Below are positions 51,066-64,000 of a DNA stretch of 64,000 nt, piece after piece; position 1 is the stretch's first letter, and every line of letters starts with the position of its first letter. The notes beneath the pieces are model-generated. The model made no database searches. It was not told the DNA's origin and saw only the letters and a program-made list of their open reading frames with translations. This DNA is from Octopus sinensis (taxonomy: Eukaryota). A program made the position numbers and the translations under genes. Location: NCBI RefSeq assembly GCF_006345805.1, contig NC_043006.1, positions 25,482,001 through 25,546,000 on the forward strand, written 5' to 3'.

Positions 51066-53736
51066 TCATGAATAAAATACTTTTAGAAAGACATTTTCAT
51101 AGTTGCATCACTTCTAATATAAATCTTTTTATAAAGATAGAAAGTCACAGTTGCAACGTTTCTGATCAAGACTAGAGTTATAACTGGAATGGTTTAAAAA
51201 AAAAACAACAAAAAAAAAAACAAGATGATCACAGTTGTCATGCTCTTACAAATAGTGGGATTCTAAATTCTTCCAACCACTTGAAGATTTTCAAATTTTC
51301 ACCAGATTTTTTTTTTTTTAATGTAGTTTGACATGCTGATGCCGAAAATCACATTAATTAATATTTTTTTAAGCAGGAATTAACAACTTGGATCTTTTCT
51401 GATTGGCTTTTATGTTGTGAAATTTTAAAATTAAGTGAAAATTTTAAAATTTGGTATATTGATGTAAATTTTTCACACTGAATCTGATGTATGTAGTTAT
51501 TCACCTGTTCCAGAAGCATAATTTGAACATCTTTCAAAAATCAAATTCAGTGAGATATCAAATTTGAAAATTTTTACTTAATTTAAAAATTTCAAAAACT
51601 GACAGAAATGACCCATTAGTTTTCTTACTGATAAAAAAAATGCAAAACAAACTTTTGAACAGGCATGTAAATAATTTTAAAAGGAAAAATCCGCATTGAA
51701 ATTTTTTTGTGAAAAATTACCAAACATGTAAACTATATTTTGTAGAGAAAATGAAAAAATGGAAGTTCAGAATGTAGGTACATAGTGATTATAGTAGTTT
51801 TAAACAGACAGTAGCTTGATTTGTTACCATAGAAAGAGGTACCAATTATGGGCTAAAATTATGGGCTAAAATTACCCAAAATTTGCAAAGTCTAAAGCTA
51901 TTAACTTTTTATTTACTAATTTATGACAAAAATGAATTTCATTTCCATAATTAGAATACAAAACTATATCATTACATTAAATTTTAAAACTATTGGAACA
52001 AAATTAAAGGAATTGCAAAGGGAAAGTCTAATAGAAAAGATCCCAAAATAATTCATAAAAGGTGATGGTCAGTGTGCCTGCTTTAAACAATAAAACCAAA
52101 ATCAAAACTGCTAGTCATGGTCAGATGGTCACATTTAGAGTGCTTATAAAAAAAACAAGTTGGTGATGTTTGCACTGTTTTTTTATAAAGATGGAATAGT
52201 CACAGTTATAATGCTTTAAAAAACATGAAATAACAATGATGTTAGCACTTTCAATATAAAGTGGCGAGCTGGCAGAATTGTTAGTACACGGGGAAAATAC
52301 TTTGCGGTATTTCATCCGTCCTTACGTTCTGAGTACAAATTCTGCTGATATTCACTTTGCCTTTTATCCTTTTGGGGTTGAATAAAAAAAGTATCAATTC
52401 CATTCCCAAAATTGCTGGTCTTTTGCCAAAATTTGAAACCAATTTTGAAGAAAGGATTAGGGTTGGAACCTCATGTCGAAACTAATTTGAAAACATTTTG
52501 GTTAATGTTTACAATATTACCTGGAAATGAAATTTAAAAAAAAAATAGTGCAATGGGTGTATAAAAAATGTGTAGGAAACAAATATGAAAACAAAAATGC
52601 ATGGAAAGCAATGGAGTGGGGGTTGGGGGAAGAGGACTTCAGAAAATTCACAAGATCTGAGTTTTTCCCTCATAACTTTTAGGAAAAATGGGATTTTTTA
52701 AATGAAATTTCATAGATTTCTATGAAACCTTTCAAACTGCATAGATTACAATTCTAAAGAAATTTGTAGGGAAAATCTTTTCCAAGAGGGTGGGAAGAGG
52801 ACTTTGGAAAATTCACAAGATCTGATGTTTTCCCTCATAACTGTTATATTGTTATGGTTATAAAGAAATTTGAGGGGAAAATCTTGGGGTGGAGAGAGGA
52901 CTTTCAGAAAATTCACAAGATCCCATTTTTTCCCTTGTAACTTTAAAGAAAATGGATATCTTTTAATGAAATTGTATATATATACCTTTCAAACAGCATG
53001 CATTACAGATGCCTAATGTGCCGCAAACCCTTTATTTTTGTTTGGAATAAGGTGGGGTAGAAACCAGAATTATTGGAAAATGTTTTTATTTTTTTCAATG
53101 AATGAATTACAGTGACCTAATACCACAATCTGCAATCTGGGATTAGTATATCCAGTGATTTTAAAGAGGTATGTAAAAGATATTTTGTTTTAATATTATA
53201 ATTTTGCATCATTCTTTCTCTCTCCTGTCCAGATTTTGTTACCACTAATTTTTATAACTTCAGCATTTTCACTTATTATTCTTTTCAAACTTGTTTGAAT
53301 TTTCAATCTTATGTAATCCACAGTCTAGAAAATGTATTTTCGCAAAATGTTATCTCCTCACATTCAAAAACTCATTTTTTAAAAAAAAGTTTCTTTGGAT
53401 TCCTTGTTATGGTAAAGGTACACTTGTAAAAATTTAACGAACTTTTAAAGAAAGAAACAGCCCCCGTTTTCCAGACAAAAAAGTTTTTGTGGCATATTAG
53501 GTCATTCATCGAAAAAAACAGAAAAACATTTTCCAATAATTCCGGTCTGTTCCTTTTTTTTCGGAACTTAAATAAGGGGTTTACAACACATTAGGCATCT
53601 GTAATGCATGTCGTTTGAAAGGTATTTATATACAATTTCATTAAAAGACATTTATTTTCTCAAAGCGACGAAAATATTTTGACAAATTAAATTTAAATGT
53701 TGAAGTGAATGTAACGGTTTTTGTGTGTTTCTTAAA

Positions 53737-54346
53737 TCTTTATATATAAAAGTGAAGTTGTGTGTCTGTCTCCTACGATTTAGATTCGTAACTACTCCCA
53801 CATTTTGCGGTGCAGTTTAACCAAAACCGGGTATCTTATAGTCGTGATTCATATCAAGCCCTTCTGGGTATTAGCGCACGTCTACGATGAGTCTACGATT
53901 TAAAAAAAAATTTACCATCATTTTTTTCCATTTTAATGCATTTTTCGCTATTATATAAGGGAAGTAACTCTCTAAAAATGTCTACGATGAGTCAACGATT
54001 TAAAAAAAACTGACGGTTAGTAAGGAGAGACACAAATAAGTAAGAAGAAAACAAACAAAGGACCACTGATGCGGTCACAGGAGTGTGACGAAAGAACTCT
54101 GGCCGAAATAAGATTAAGATTAATGTAAAAAATAAATAACACTGAAGCAAAGTAACACCAAATATATAGTGCGTGTGTTTTTATTGGCTAAACTGGCAAT
54201 ATGACCATTCCGAAATATAACAATTACCATCATTTGTTTTCCATTCTTAATGCATTTTTTTGCTATTTTTTTGGCTATAACTCTCTACAAATGCTTATAT
54301 AGTTATTTCCCTTACAAACCCGAGCAACGCCGGGCGATACTGCTAG
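53737..54346 (+). mobile_element. Non-autonomous Helitron (same family, with internal insertion)
   Basis: Same TC...hairpin...CTAG termini and A|T site; the junction ttcttaaa|tggc is uninterrupted in the related repeat at ~14325. Confidence 0.8.
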
Positions 54347-54361
54347 TGGCTTATAAACATC

Positions 54362-55384
54362 GGCGATCTTTCGTTTGTAGTAGCACGTTTCCGTCAATGA
54401 TTTCCGTAAAAAACTTTTATTTTTTTACATATGGGCTTGCGGGAACATTTTAAGTAATGAGAGTGAAAGAGACTAAGAGAAAGCGATTTTATGACGAGGG
54501 AATTTCTTTTGAAGTTATCAAAGCATTGATGTACATGTGTGTGTGTGTGTGTGTGTGTGTTTGATGGGGTGTAGGAGACAGACAGTATGTTGTGTAAGTG
54601 AAGTGCTTCTGTTAGTGTGTGAAGAGACAGAGAGAGTAATGTGTGAAAGAGAGAGATAACTGAAATTTTTTACTCGGTGTATGTGTAGATACATACACAC
54701 ACACACATACATGCAGACATACATATACACATACACCGAGTAAAAAATTACACTGAATCGGCCATACATACATACATACACATACATAGATACATACACA
54801 CATACATACATACATTCAGACATACATATACACATACACCGAGTAAAAAATTACACTGAATCGGCCATACATACATACACACACACATACATAGATACAT
54901 ACACACACACATACATAGATACATACACACACATACATGCATACATACATATACACATACACCGAGTAAAAAATTACACTGAATCGGCCATACATACATA
55001 CACACACATACATAGATACATACACACACACATACATAGATACATACACACACATACATGCATACATACATATACACATACACCGAGTAAAATATTTCAG
55101 TTATCTCTCTCTTTCACACATTACTCTCTCTGTCTCTTCACATACACTAACAGAAGCACTTCACTTACACAACATACTGTCTGTCTCCCACACCCCATCA
55201 AACACACACATGTACATCAATGCTTCGCTAACTTCAAAAGAAATTCCCTCGTCATAAAATCGCTTTCTCTTAGTCTTTTTCGCTTTCATTACTTAAAATG
55301 TTCCCGCAAGGCCATATGTAAAAAAATAAAAGTTTTTTACGGAAATCATCGACGGAAACATGCTACTACAAACGAAAGATCGCC
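54362..55384. mobile_element. Foldback element, GGCGATCTTTCGTTTG ends, 8-bp TSD TAAACATC
   Basis: TSD at 54354-54361 and 55385-55392; long TIRs; three internal accgagtaaaaaattacactgaatcggcc units. Confidence 0.85.
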
Positions 55385-55504
55385 TAAACATCTTCCACGC
55401 TGCAATTGTTTTCGTTCCAGCACACGATCTCAGATCAAGTCACTTGCTATGCAAGTACATCTCCATAATTGTGAAAAGTCCCACACGCTTTCGCAAGTCA
55501 GCAG

Positions 55505-55540
55505 TCGTCTAAGCATGCGCAATGTTCAGGGCGGGTATTT
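55505..55540 (+). promoter_or_regulatory. Candidate TUBG1 promoter motifs (NRF1-like GCATGCGCA, GC box GGGCGG)
   Basis: Motif match only, ~250 nt upstream of the ATG. Confidence 0.3.
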
Positions 55541-55777
55541 TTTTTTATTTTGAAAAGTAATTGTTTCAGACGGTTACCTTAGGGATAACCGAAAAAAATC
55601 TGGAAATACATAATATATGATTTATATCTTGTACTATATTCTCACACACTTCTTCTTCCTTCCCAAACATTTTGAACTTATTCGCGATTTACGTAAAATC
55701 TTCAACCCGAACTTTGCCGCCATTTCTGAAGAGATAGTCAATACATTTTTCGTGCCTCATCATCCCATTTAGACAAG

Positions 55778-55826
55778 ATGCCTCGTGAAATGATCACATT
55801 ACAACTAGGCCAATGTGGCAATCAAA
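55778..55826 (+). CDS. TUBG1: TUBG1 exon 1
   Basis: [16 protein letters not shown], donor A|gtaaat. Confidence 0.95.
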
Positions 55827-58800
55827 GTAAATATATATTCTTTTTAACATTATATACATCTTTTTCTCTCATTAAACTATTTATATTGTACATTGCTGAT
55901 ACTTTTAAAACGATTTCTCGTTTTTCTTTATTTACATTGTGCAAATGTATTTATGGTTAATATATTTAACCAGAAAGCCTACTTATAGTTTATATTTTAA
56001 TAAAGTTATTTACATCCATTTAGTAATTTTTATTCTAGTTATCCCAACTTGGCAGCAGAAAAGTTTAGCAACACTTAAATTCTGAATTTTTCGGGTACCT
56101 AGTATGTCGAAGGTTTATTGTTTCTTCAACTTCTGCACCGTCGAGGCTGTCTCCAAAACTCGTCTTTTCATTTAAACACACTTTTCGTTTTGTAAATAAC
56201 AATTGTCAGCCGTCTAGGGAATCAGTAACTTCTGTCCACGTTCCAGTGCAAGTCTTTTTGTATACTGTATGATAAAAATTTTAGGTGTAACTACAGATGT
56301 GTGGCACCCCTCACCGACGTTGATAAACTTTCTGAAAAATGAATTTCAATGAAATTTTTCACAGCGGTGCCCCAGCATGGCCACAGCTCGTGAGCTGAAA
56401 CTTGATAAGATAAAATGAAAGCTAATTTTAGGTGGTGTAAATTAGGGGCGGAAGTAAAGAATATGCACACCACCCAGTTTCGGCATAATCCGAACCTTAA
56501 AACCAACCCTAACCGCCGAAATCTGGTGGTGTGCGTATTCTTTACCTTCGCTAATTAGGGTTATAATTTTTTTATATGAAATCACTATGTAATCGTAAGC
56601 TTTTCCAACTGAAGGGTATTTGTTGAATTTTGGCTTTAGCACTCCATATGACCCCTCTTTTTATTTTTCGGAATTTTCAGTTAATGAAAATCTTTATATA
56701 GCTGGGTTATGCAATAAACAACTATATGGTTCTTTATCTTTGAAACTTGGTTAACTAAAAGAGGGGGTAAAATCTACTAATGAGGATTGCTGAGATTATG
56801 TGATGCTCAGGATTCGTTGAAAGATTCCACTCCCTTGCCTTTTTATTGCAGATTGTTTATATACAGAATCTTAGCTGGAATCTGAAAATCTTGAGTATCT
56901 TGGTTGCAATGTAAATCTTTGTTCTAGTGGAAATTTATGGTATGGAACAGATTTTTGGTGAATGTGATAGTTTGTGATGTTTACTTTTCCCAAAAGTATT
57001 TGTGATATGTGAATTAAATGAAATTTAGTCTCTGGAATTACTGCTGCACCATGTTTGTCAGTTCAATAATTCAGAATCATAAAAGAGTAACTAACCACTC
57101 ATGCTGGCTAAGTAAAGGTGTTGAATTGATAGTTTAATGTTTTAATATTTTATTTTACATAACTAAAATTGCAACTTAATTCCCTTGTGAATACCACTCT
57201 AATCAGCTCTGGGACAGCTGGTTGTAAGTGGGTACTGTTGTAAGTTCAGTTTGTTTGATTGGTTTGGAATTAGCAATGGGAAGCTACTTCAGTGTTATCT
57301 CTCTTTTGCAACAATTTCTTTATTATTTATAAAGTTTTTGTAGTATTTACACTTTGGTTAGGAAGATGGACAGAACACCTTTATTTTATTGTGATTTCTC
57401 ATTTAGCACAGGTTTCATGACTGATATTTCATTTCCCATGGATAGAAACACAAGCAAATTATTTTATTTGATTTAGTCAAATGAATTCTTTTACCAAAAA
57501 GTTAGGCCTTGCAGAGAATATTAGTATTTGAACTGGAATATTCACTTCATGAAGAAATGTACAATAGATCTTGTCATACTGCTCGAATTGTAGTATAGGT
57601 GTAGGAGTGGCTGTGTGGTAAGTAGCTTGCTTATGAACCACATGGTTCCGGATTCAGTCCCACTGCGTGGCACCTTTGGCAAGTGTCTTCTACTATAGCC
57701 TCGGTCCAACCAAAGCCTTGTGAGTGGATTTGGTAGACGGAAACTGAAAGAAGCCCGTCGTATATATGTTTGTGTATCTGTGTTTGTCCCCCCAACATCG
57801 CTTGACAACCGATGCTGGTGTGTTTACGTCCCCGTAACTTAGTGGTTCGATAGAATAAGTACTAGGCTTACAAATAATAAGTCCTGGGGTCGATTTGCTC
57901 GACTAAAAAGGTGGCGCTCCAGCATGGCCACAGTCAAATGACTGGAACAAGTAAAAGAGTATATACATTAAAAATGTAATTATTTTGTGGTGTTTGTAAT
58001 TTATATAGAGTGGATCATTGCATTATTAGTATTTTGTAAGTTTTGTCTTTGATAATGCTATAACAAAATGAAAATAATTAAATACTGTCAAAATAATAAA
58101 TAGTAGCTAAGTGTGTGTTAGCATATTTAATGCAGAGTTATTAAATAGTTAACTTGCAATCAAATATGCAAGGAGTAAAAAAATTTATTATTTTCTTATT
58201 TTTCTGGCAAGTGTGGAAGACCCCTTTGCATATGTTTTGTCTTTAACATCTTCAGTGAAGAAGGGCTTTAAAGAGGTGGCAAAGGAATCACTAAGTAAAT
58301 ATACAGAAATGTATGTTTGTTGGTACAGAAAAAACAATGTTTAGAAACTTAGTTCTTAATTATTTTAATGTCTAAACCAAATTAGTTTTGCAATAGCAGC
58401 ATGAAAGGCAATATGCGAGTAGATAAGGATAAAATGGATTAACTTGTCTTGAGTTTTTACCTATTGTTGACGGGGCAAATGAAAAAATATTAAGTCTTTA
58501 ATACAAAATGGTTTTTCTCACTGCTTTTTGATTTTGTTTTGGGTTTTTAATGCTCCTTGCATTAAATATGCTAATAACCAATACTATCTATCACACAGGT
58601 GAGATTACTGATAATTTTATTTCAGCAAGGTTTAGTGAGGCTATATTTTGAATACCAAAATAAAGTCAACATATATCCTGAATATATTCATGTAAAGTCA
58701 TATTGAACATGTTCAAATACACTCAGACATGTGAAGATCTTCCACTAAAATAGTCCCAGGAGAAAATTCTCCTTCTAGACAATGTGGGAAAACACATTGG

Positions 58801-61800
58801 GCTGTGAATAACATCATTGGGTTGTAAGGATTCATGCATTTCACATGCCCTCTCGGAAGAGAATTTTCTCCAGGACTATTTATGCAGTGAAAGGTTTGCC
58901 TATGATCTAATATCATCATTCACAGCCCAATGTGTTTACACACATCTCAGAGAATTTTCTTCCTGGAATATTTCTGCAGCAGGTCTTCACATGTCTGAGT
59001 GTGCTGAAATATCTTAAATATGACTAAAGTAGGTTAAAAAAATTTCTTTTCAAAATTTAATATTCTTCTCATGCTGATATGTAATACTGGGTAATTCGAT
59101 TTGGTTGAGATCTGGACATAACTTCTTGATAGACAAGTTACAGCTATTTCATAGAAAAATTCTAACAACACTTAACTGTAGCTTTTCAATTAATAGCCCT
59201 AATATTTGTTGAAATTATGTTACTTATTTATCTGTGTATCTATTTTCTCCTCAGTTGGCATGGAATTTTGGAAGCAGTTGTGTGCAGAACATGGTATTAG
59301 TCCAGGTATTGATCTTCCATTTTCTGTTTCATGATATTTTTTAAATTACTTGATAACATGATCTATGAAGTACCATTGCCTCTAGTGGGAGTGCAGTGGT
59401 GTAAGTTTGAGAATATGTTGATTTGGAACTGTAGGAATGAAATATCGTTTAATTGTTGAGATGAAATAACTAAATAATGCGTTAGGAATTAATTTATAAA
59501 TTCTTTTACACAGTTGTCAAATCATATTTGTTATGTATCCAAGAAAATGCCTCCCAGCTATTAGGTAAACTAACACTCACCCAATCTCCCCATCTGTTAG
59601 ACTACTATGAAGTAGTATACTTTATTACTGCCTCACTTAGACCTACGTAATGGACATATCTCTCATATCACTTCTATTATGCTGCGCCTCACTAAGGAAG
59701 TGTGGTTAAATTGGTGAAAAACGAAATAATCTAGTCTAAATTAATTTTGTCCTTTACTAGAAGTTCCACAAAAGAAATCATAATAACATGAAACAAAAAG
59801 AGAATTTGATTGGTACCAAAAACGATGCAAATAGACCTTTTTTTAACATGTCAAATGATGCCTCACCTGGCATCATTTTTTTTTTTTTTTGCCTTTTTTT
59901 CCATACCTACCCTCTATATCGTACTATTGCATTGCATGTCCCCTCCTGATCTAAAGATCGCTTAACACAATGGCAAGCTTGCAAAAAAATATATATATAT
60001 AATAATAAATAAATAAATTTAAAAACTTAAAATATATCTCCATTTCTTTGTATGATTATTTACCAAAAGAAATCTAGTCTCCTTTCTCTCGAACTCATGT
60101 CAATGAGGAATCTCAGCTCTCTCTAGTATATGCAGCCAATGTTCTAATCTCATTAGCTTACATGTCCATCTATTCCTTGATTCATTTAATCCTTCTTTGC
60201 TTACTTTCACCTCTGTGAAAGCCTCTTTCAGACTGGTTTTTCTTTTCCATTCATGTAATTGGTTGTCTTCTTTTACTCACTTATAAATATAATTCTAAAG
60301 TAACTCTCTTTAGGATAGTAGCATAAAATCCATGTCTGACAGTCTTTGCATTTCCAGTCCTTATCTCACTTTCCTCAACCATTTGACCACATCTGCTTCA
60401 CAATTAAACAGCCTTATTAGTTTACTACTAATCCTAACCTTCTGCCAAATGTTAACTTTGTCATTCATAGTTCAATTCTGATGGTTACTAGGATAGATGC
60501 ATGCAAACTTGGTTTCTCAACACCTGACACATCCACTAGTTCTCTTAGCATCACTTCTGTTCTTTTTTTGCCTCCCTTTTCCACATTTGTCCTTTCACAT
60601 TGCAAGAAACACCTACATGTTGCTTTACAACCAGTGGAATCCTTCACAAATCATACCTAATGTCTTGAAAAAGACATTGGATAAGGTAACACTGCATCTG
60701 GAAAAAAAAATGGATTGTCATAGTTGAAATATTTTCAACCACATTTGCTCCTTCACAGCTGACCTGGTGCCTAAACAACAAGCATCTTTCCACCCCTCTT
60801 TTATGGAACTGAATTCCTTAGAATTACAGATACAAGTTGGTACTTGCAATAATTCAAACCACACAAAACTTAAATTTTCGGGGTTGTTTTTAAAATGTCT
60901 TTCTTTATGTGGAAGAATTTTGTTTATAGCTATGTAAAATGAGGCAGCAGTACAAATAAGTCATGTGAACATATAATTAATCAGTGTTTGGATAGGTGTG
61001 GTGAAAACCACCAAAGACGCTTATTTCTAGTTGGGTAAATGAATATTGCAGCTTAAATTCCCAGCTGAAACCATTAACATCTAACACTTCCAGTAGCAAC
61101 CCTCTCCAGCCAAGGATTGACCAGTCTCCAGCAGCTTTATGTAGCTGTCTCAGCTTTTGCTGAATCAGTCCACTTGTAAAAAGTTATTGTTATGCATACA
61201 ACTTGACCCAGAAAGTAGTGGAAGCACTATGTAAATGATAGCTTCTCACACTGTAGCAATATTTAATTAAGCTTATAAACTTAAAGGTGATTCCAAAAGA
61301 GAGAAATAATTACAAACGTATCGAGTTGCTGGACCAGTTCCTGAAAGTTACAAAGTGTTATAACACGACTTAAAAAGAGGATTAGACAGTTCACTTTTAT
61401 GCCTGCAACAAGTAGTACTGATGCTCTCTTCATAGTAATGCAAATGCAGGAGAAGTATTTAGCCAAAAGTAAACTGCTGTTCTGGGCATTAATCAACCTA
61501 GAGAAAGTCTCTCACAGAATCCCTCACTCCCAGATCTAGAGATCACTGTGGCAGCTAGGAGTATGAGTCTCAAAGTCATGGTTATCACTGCAGAACCAGC
61601 ACAGATGGAGGAATTGGGAGTAGGGGATGGAGAGCTGGGTGTGGGTAGGGTGGGAGGAGGAGAAGTTAAGGTAGGAGTATTTGTAGTGGTTGGAGGTATT
61701 GAGAGTGGAGTGGTGGATGCTGACAGAAATGTCAAGAAATTCGAGGGAAGAGTTAGAGAATTCATTCTTATTTCTCAATAAATGTGACATGTTGTACCTT

Positions 61801-63512
61801 TGCAAAAAAAAAATTTTTTTAATCAGTATTATGCACATGATAGAACAGTATTATACACATGAAAGAACAAAATAGTAATTAGTAAAAGTAGTTTTTTAAA
61901 TATCTCCAACAATGAGAAACTATGAAGATTTGCTATTGCCACTTTAAATACAGGAAATCAAGTTATGAAGAAATCTGATAGGTGGAAAAAAAGCTAGATG
62001 ACAACCATCATTTTATATTTAATCAATAAGAGCTAGTTATGTTCTGAGTTTTTGCGTATGTAAACAATAGATATGAGAAAAATATTTTATATATCATAAA
62101 TTGAACAATTAATCAATTGCTGATCAATCTAGGACTAATTAAAGAAACACTTGTATATTGAAACTGAATGTGGACATAGATATTCATGGTGCAAGAAAAA
62201 AAAATTAAGAGTTAATTTAAAATTTGTTTTTTCTTTTATTCTGTTTAAATCTAGAAATAAGTCATACATTATATTGTTTTATCATGCAGAAGGGATTTTG
62301 GAAAACTTTGCAACAGAAGGTTTAGATCGGAAGGATGTATTTTTTTATCAGGTAAGTTTGTGATTTTTTTTTTTAATTAAAAAGACTTCAAATTCAGATA
62401 TTTTTTAAAATCAAGTAGAATAAATTGTTTGAGACACTTCATTCAAATTTGAAAATGTCCTGCAAATTATGTTGCTGGAACCCTACTGAAGATGTATTGG
62501 TGTGAATATAAACTGGATCCATCTGTCACAAAGTGAAATTAATTTTTCAGTTTGATAGTTTAGACATTTTCTGTTTCTCAACATAAGCTTGTTTATATAA
62601 AAATTTGTAGGGAAACCTCTTCAGATGCACTGTAAATTTTGCATTATGAATTAAACATTTTAAATAAGATTAGAGATATAATTCTGACATCATAACATAG
62701 AAAGAACTTGGATGTCAGTTTTATCTTAGGAATGTATTATTTTCACTGGACAAAGATGGCTTGGTGGCAAATTGACTTCAATCGAGTGAACTAAATCATT
62801 CAAATTGTAATTAGTTATGGATAAAATTTCTAAAGTTATTTGACTCTGATGGGTCACTATATTTCTGATATTCTTTTATTCATTGACTTGTTTCAGTCAT
62901 TTGATTGTGGGTGTGCTGGAGCACTGCTTTTAGTCGAAGAAATCGACCCTGGTACTTATTCTTTGTAAGCCTTGTACTTATTCTATCATTCTCTTTTGCT
63001 GAACCACTAAGTTTTGGGGACATAAACAGACCAACATCGGTTGTCAAGTGGATGGTATGTGTGGGGACAAACACACACACACAAATATATATATATATAT
63101 ATACAATGGGCTTCTTTCAGTTTCCCTCTACCAAATCCACTCACAAGGCTTTGGTCAGCCTGAGGCTGTAGTAGAAGACACTTGCCTAAGCTGCCATGTG
63201 GTTGGGAAGCAAGCTTTTTACCACATAGCCACGCCTATCCCTATTGTGTATTTTTTTAAGATAATTATTGTGTTGCAATAATGTATTGAATGTAATAAAT
63301 TCTATCATTTTCAGCATTTATATTGTAATTCTTTCTCCTACTAGGCTGATGATGAACATTATATTCCCCGTGCTGTACTCCTTGATCTTGAACCAAGAGT
63401 TATTAACACTATCATGTCATCTCCTTATGCCAAACTATATAACCCTGAGAATGTTTTCCTTGGCAAGCAAGGAGGGGGTGCAGGAAATAACTGGGCTGTT
63501 GGTTTTTCACAG
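55778..63512 (+). CDS. TUBG1: Gamma-tubulin, first four coding exons (gene continues beyond right edge)
   Basis: Exons 55778-55826, 59255-59305, 62290-62351, 63345-63512 splice to [74 protein letters not shown]...[14 protein letters not shown]. Confidence 0.95.
57598..57960 (+). mobile_element. tRNA-derived SINE family B (CORE-like ccttgggcaagtg, internal TA/TG microsatellite)
   Basis: Representative full copy; others at 2725-3100(-), 10565-10935, 12235-12625(-), 26438-26600 plus 29860-30062, 35250-35836(-), 39105-41290 (several), 44110-44495, 44960-45270(-), 62875-63235(-). Confidence 0.85.
59255..59305 (+). CDS. TUBG1: TUBG1 exon 2
   Basis: cctcag acceptor, (I)[16 protein letters not shown], gtattg donor. 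Confidence 0.92.
61152..61545 (+). mobile_element. Old RTE RT fragment (inverted copy at 50140-50540)
   Basis: Translates to [22 protein letters not shown] and [24 protein letters not shown]...[10 protein letters not shown], paralleling the RTE at 27.4-27.7 kb. Confidence 0.65.
61545..61759 (-). mobile_element. Penelope-like RT fragment (inverted copy of 49914-50135)
   Basis: ORF 61536-61838 carries the same peptide. Confidence 0.7.
62290..62351 (+). CDS. TUBG1: TUBG1 exon 3
   Basis: atgcag acceptor, (E)[20 protein letters not shown], gtaagt donor. Confidence 0.92.
63345..63512 (+). CDS. TUBG1: TUBG1 exon 4
   Basis: tactag acceptor, [19 protein letters not shown]...[10 protein letters not shown], gtatac donor. 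Confidence 0.94.
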
Positions 63513-64000
63513 GTATACATTTTATATTTCTGTTTACATAACTATTTAACCCTTTAGTGTTTAAACCGGCCATATCTGGCCAAAATTGTCTTCCTGTTTT
63601 ATGCTCAAACCAGCCAGCTCTGACCTCTCAAACCTATCCTACAAAGTCATTCTAAAAATAAACAGGGACATCATCAAAATCTCAGAGTTACAAGATGCTG
63701 AACAATTAATTTAAAACAATGTAATTAAACAGGCTTTACATTTGACAGAGTAATCTGAATGCTAAAGGGTTAAACTTTGAACTTTTTAGATTATTTATTT
63801 TTAAACTGCCAGGAAATTTTTTAGGAAAGTAAAGTTAGTATTACAGATAACCAGACTAAATGTTTACCTTATCTAGACCAGTACCTCGCATCTTGTTACA
63901 CTACAACAGCCATTTTTGCATTCCTTCAGTTTTCATTGACTTCATAGTTCCTTTTGGTCTCTAAAATCTGCCACTATTTAGCAATTTTTTATTTGATACT

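Overview
Eukaryotic, AT-rich, repeat-dense genomic window, most likely from an octopus or other cephalopod (inferred from the SINE/RTE repertoire and microsatellite load; not verified). Three host genes are supported. (1) The first coding exon of glyoxylate/hydroxypyruvate reductase (GRHPR), minus strand, 365-695, with the rest of the gene off the left edge. (2) An SLC23/NAT-family nucleobase-ascorbate transporter, minus strand, 13 coding exons from 40051 to 14618 that splice in frame to 591 aa; an additional upstream exon is possible, and the first coding exon is tandemly duplicated with a frameshift. (3) The first four coding exons of gamma-tubulin (TUBG1), plus strand from 55778, continuing off the right edge. 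The remainder is transposons and repeats: a 5'-truncated RTE LINE with a PHD-like finger, RTE-tail fragments, several tRNA-derived SINE families, mariner and maT/Tc1-like remnants, non-autonomous Helitrons, MITEs, foldback elements with GGCGATCT ends and 8-bp TSDs, Penelope fragments, and mini/microsatellites. The most notable unannotated signal is at least 11 minimal type I hammerhead-ribozyme motifs from about six unrelated short Penelope-LTR-like families. They mostly have self-complementary stem III, sit next to (TA)n tracts, and occur as tandem or inverted pairs; they account for two large palindromes in the SLC23 introns. All structures were read by eye; no folding or database search was run.
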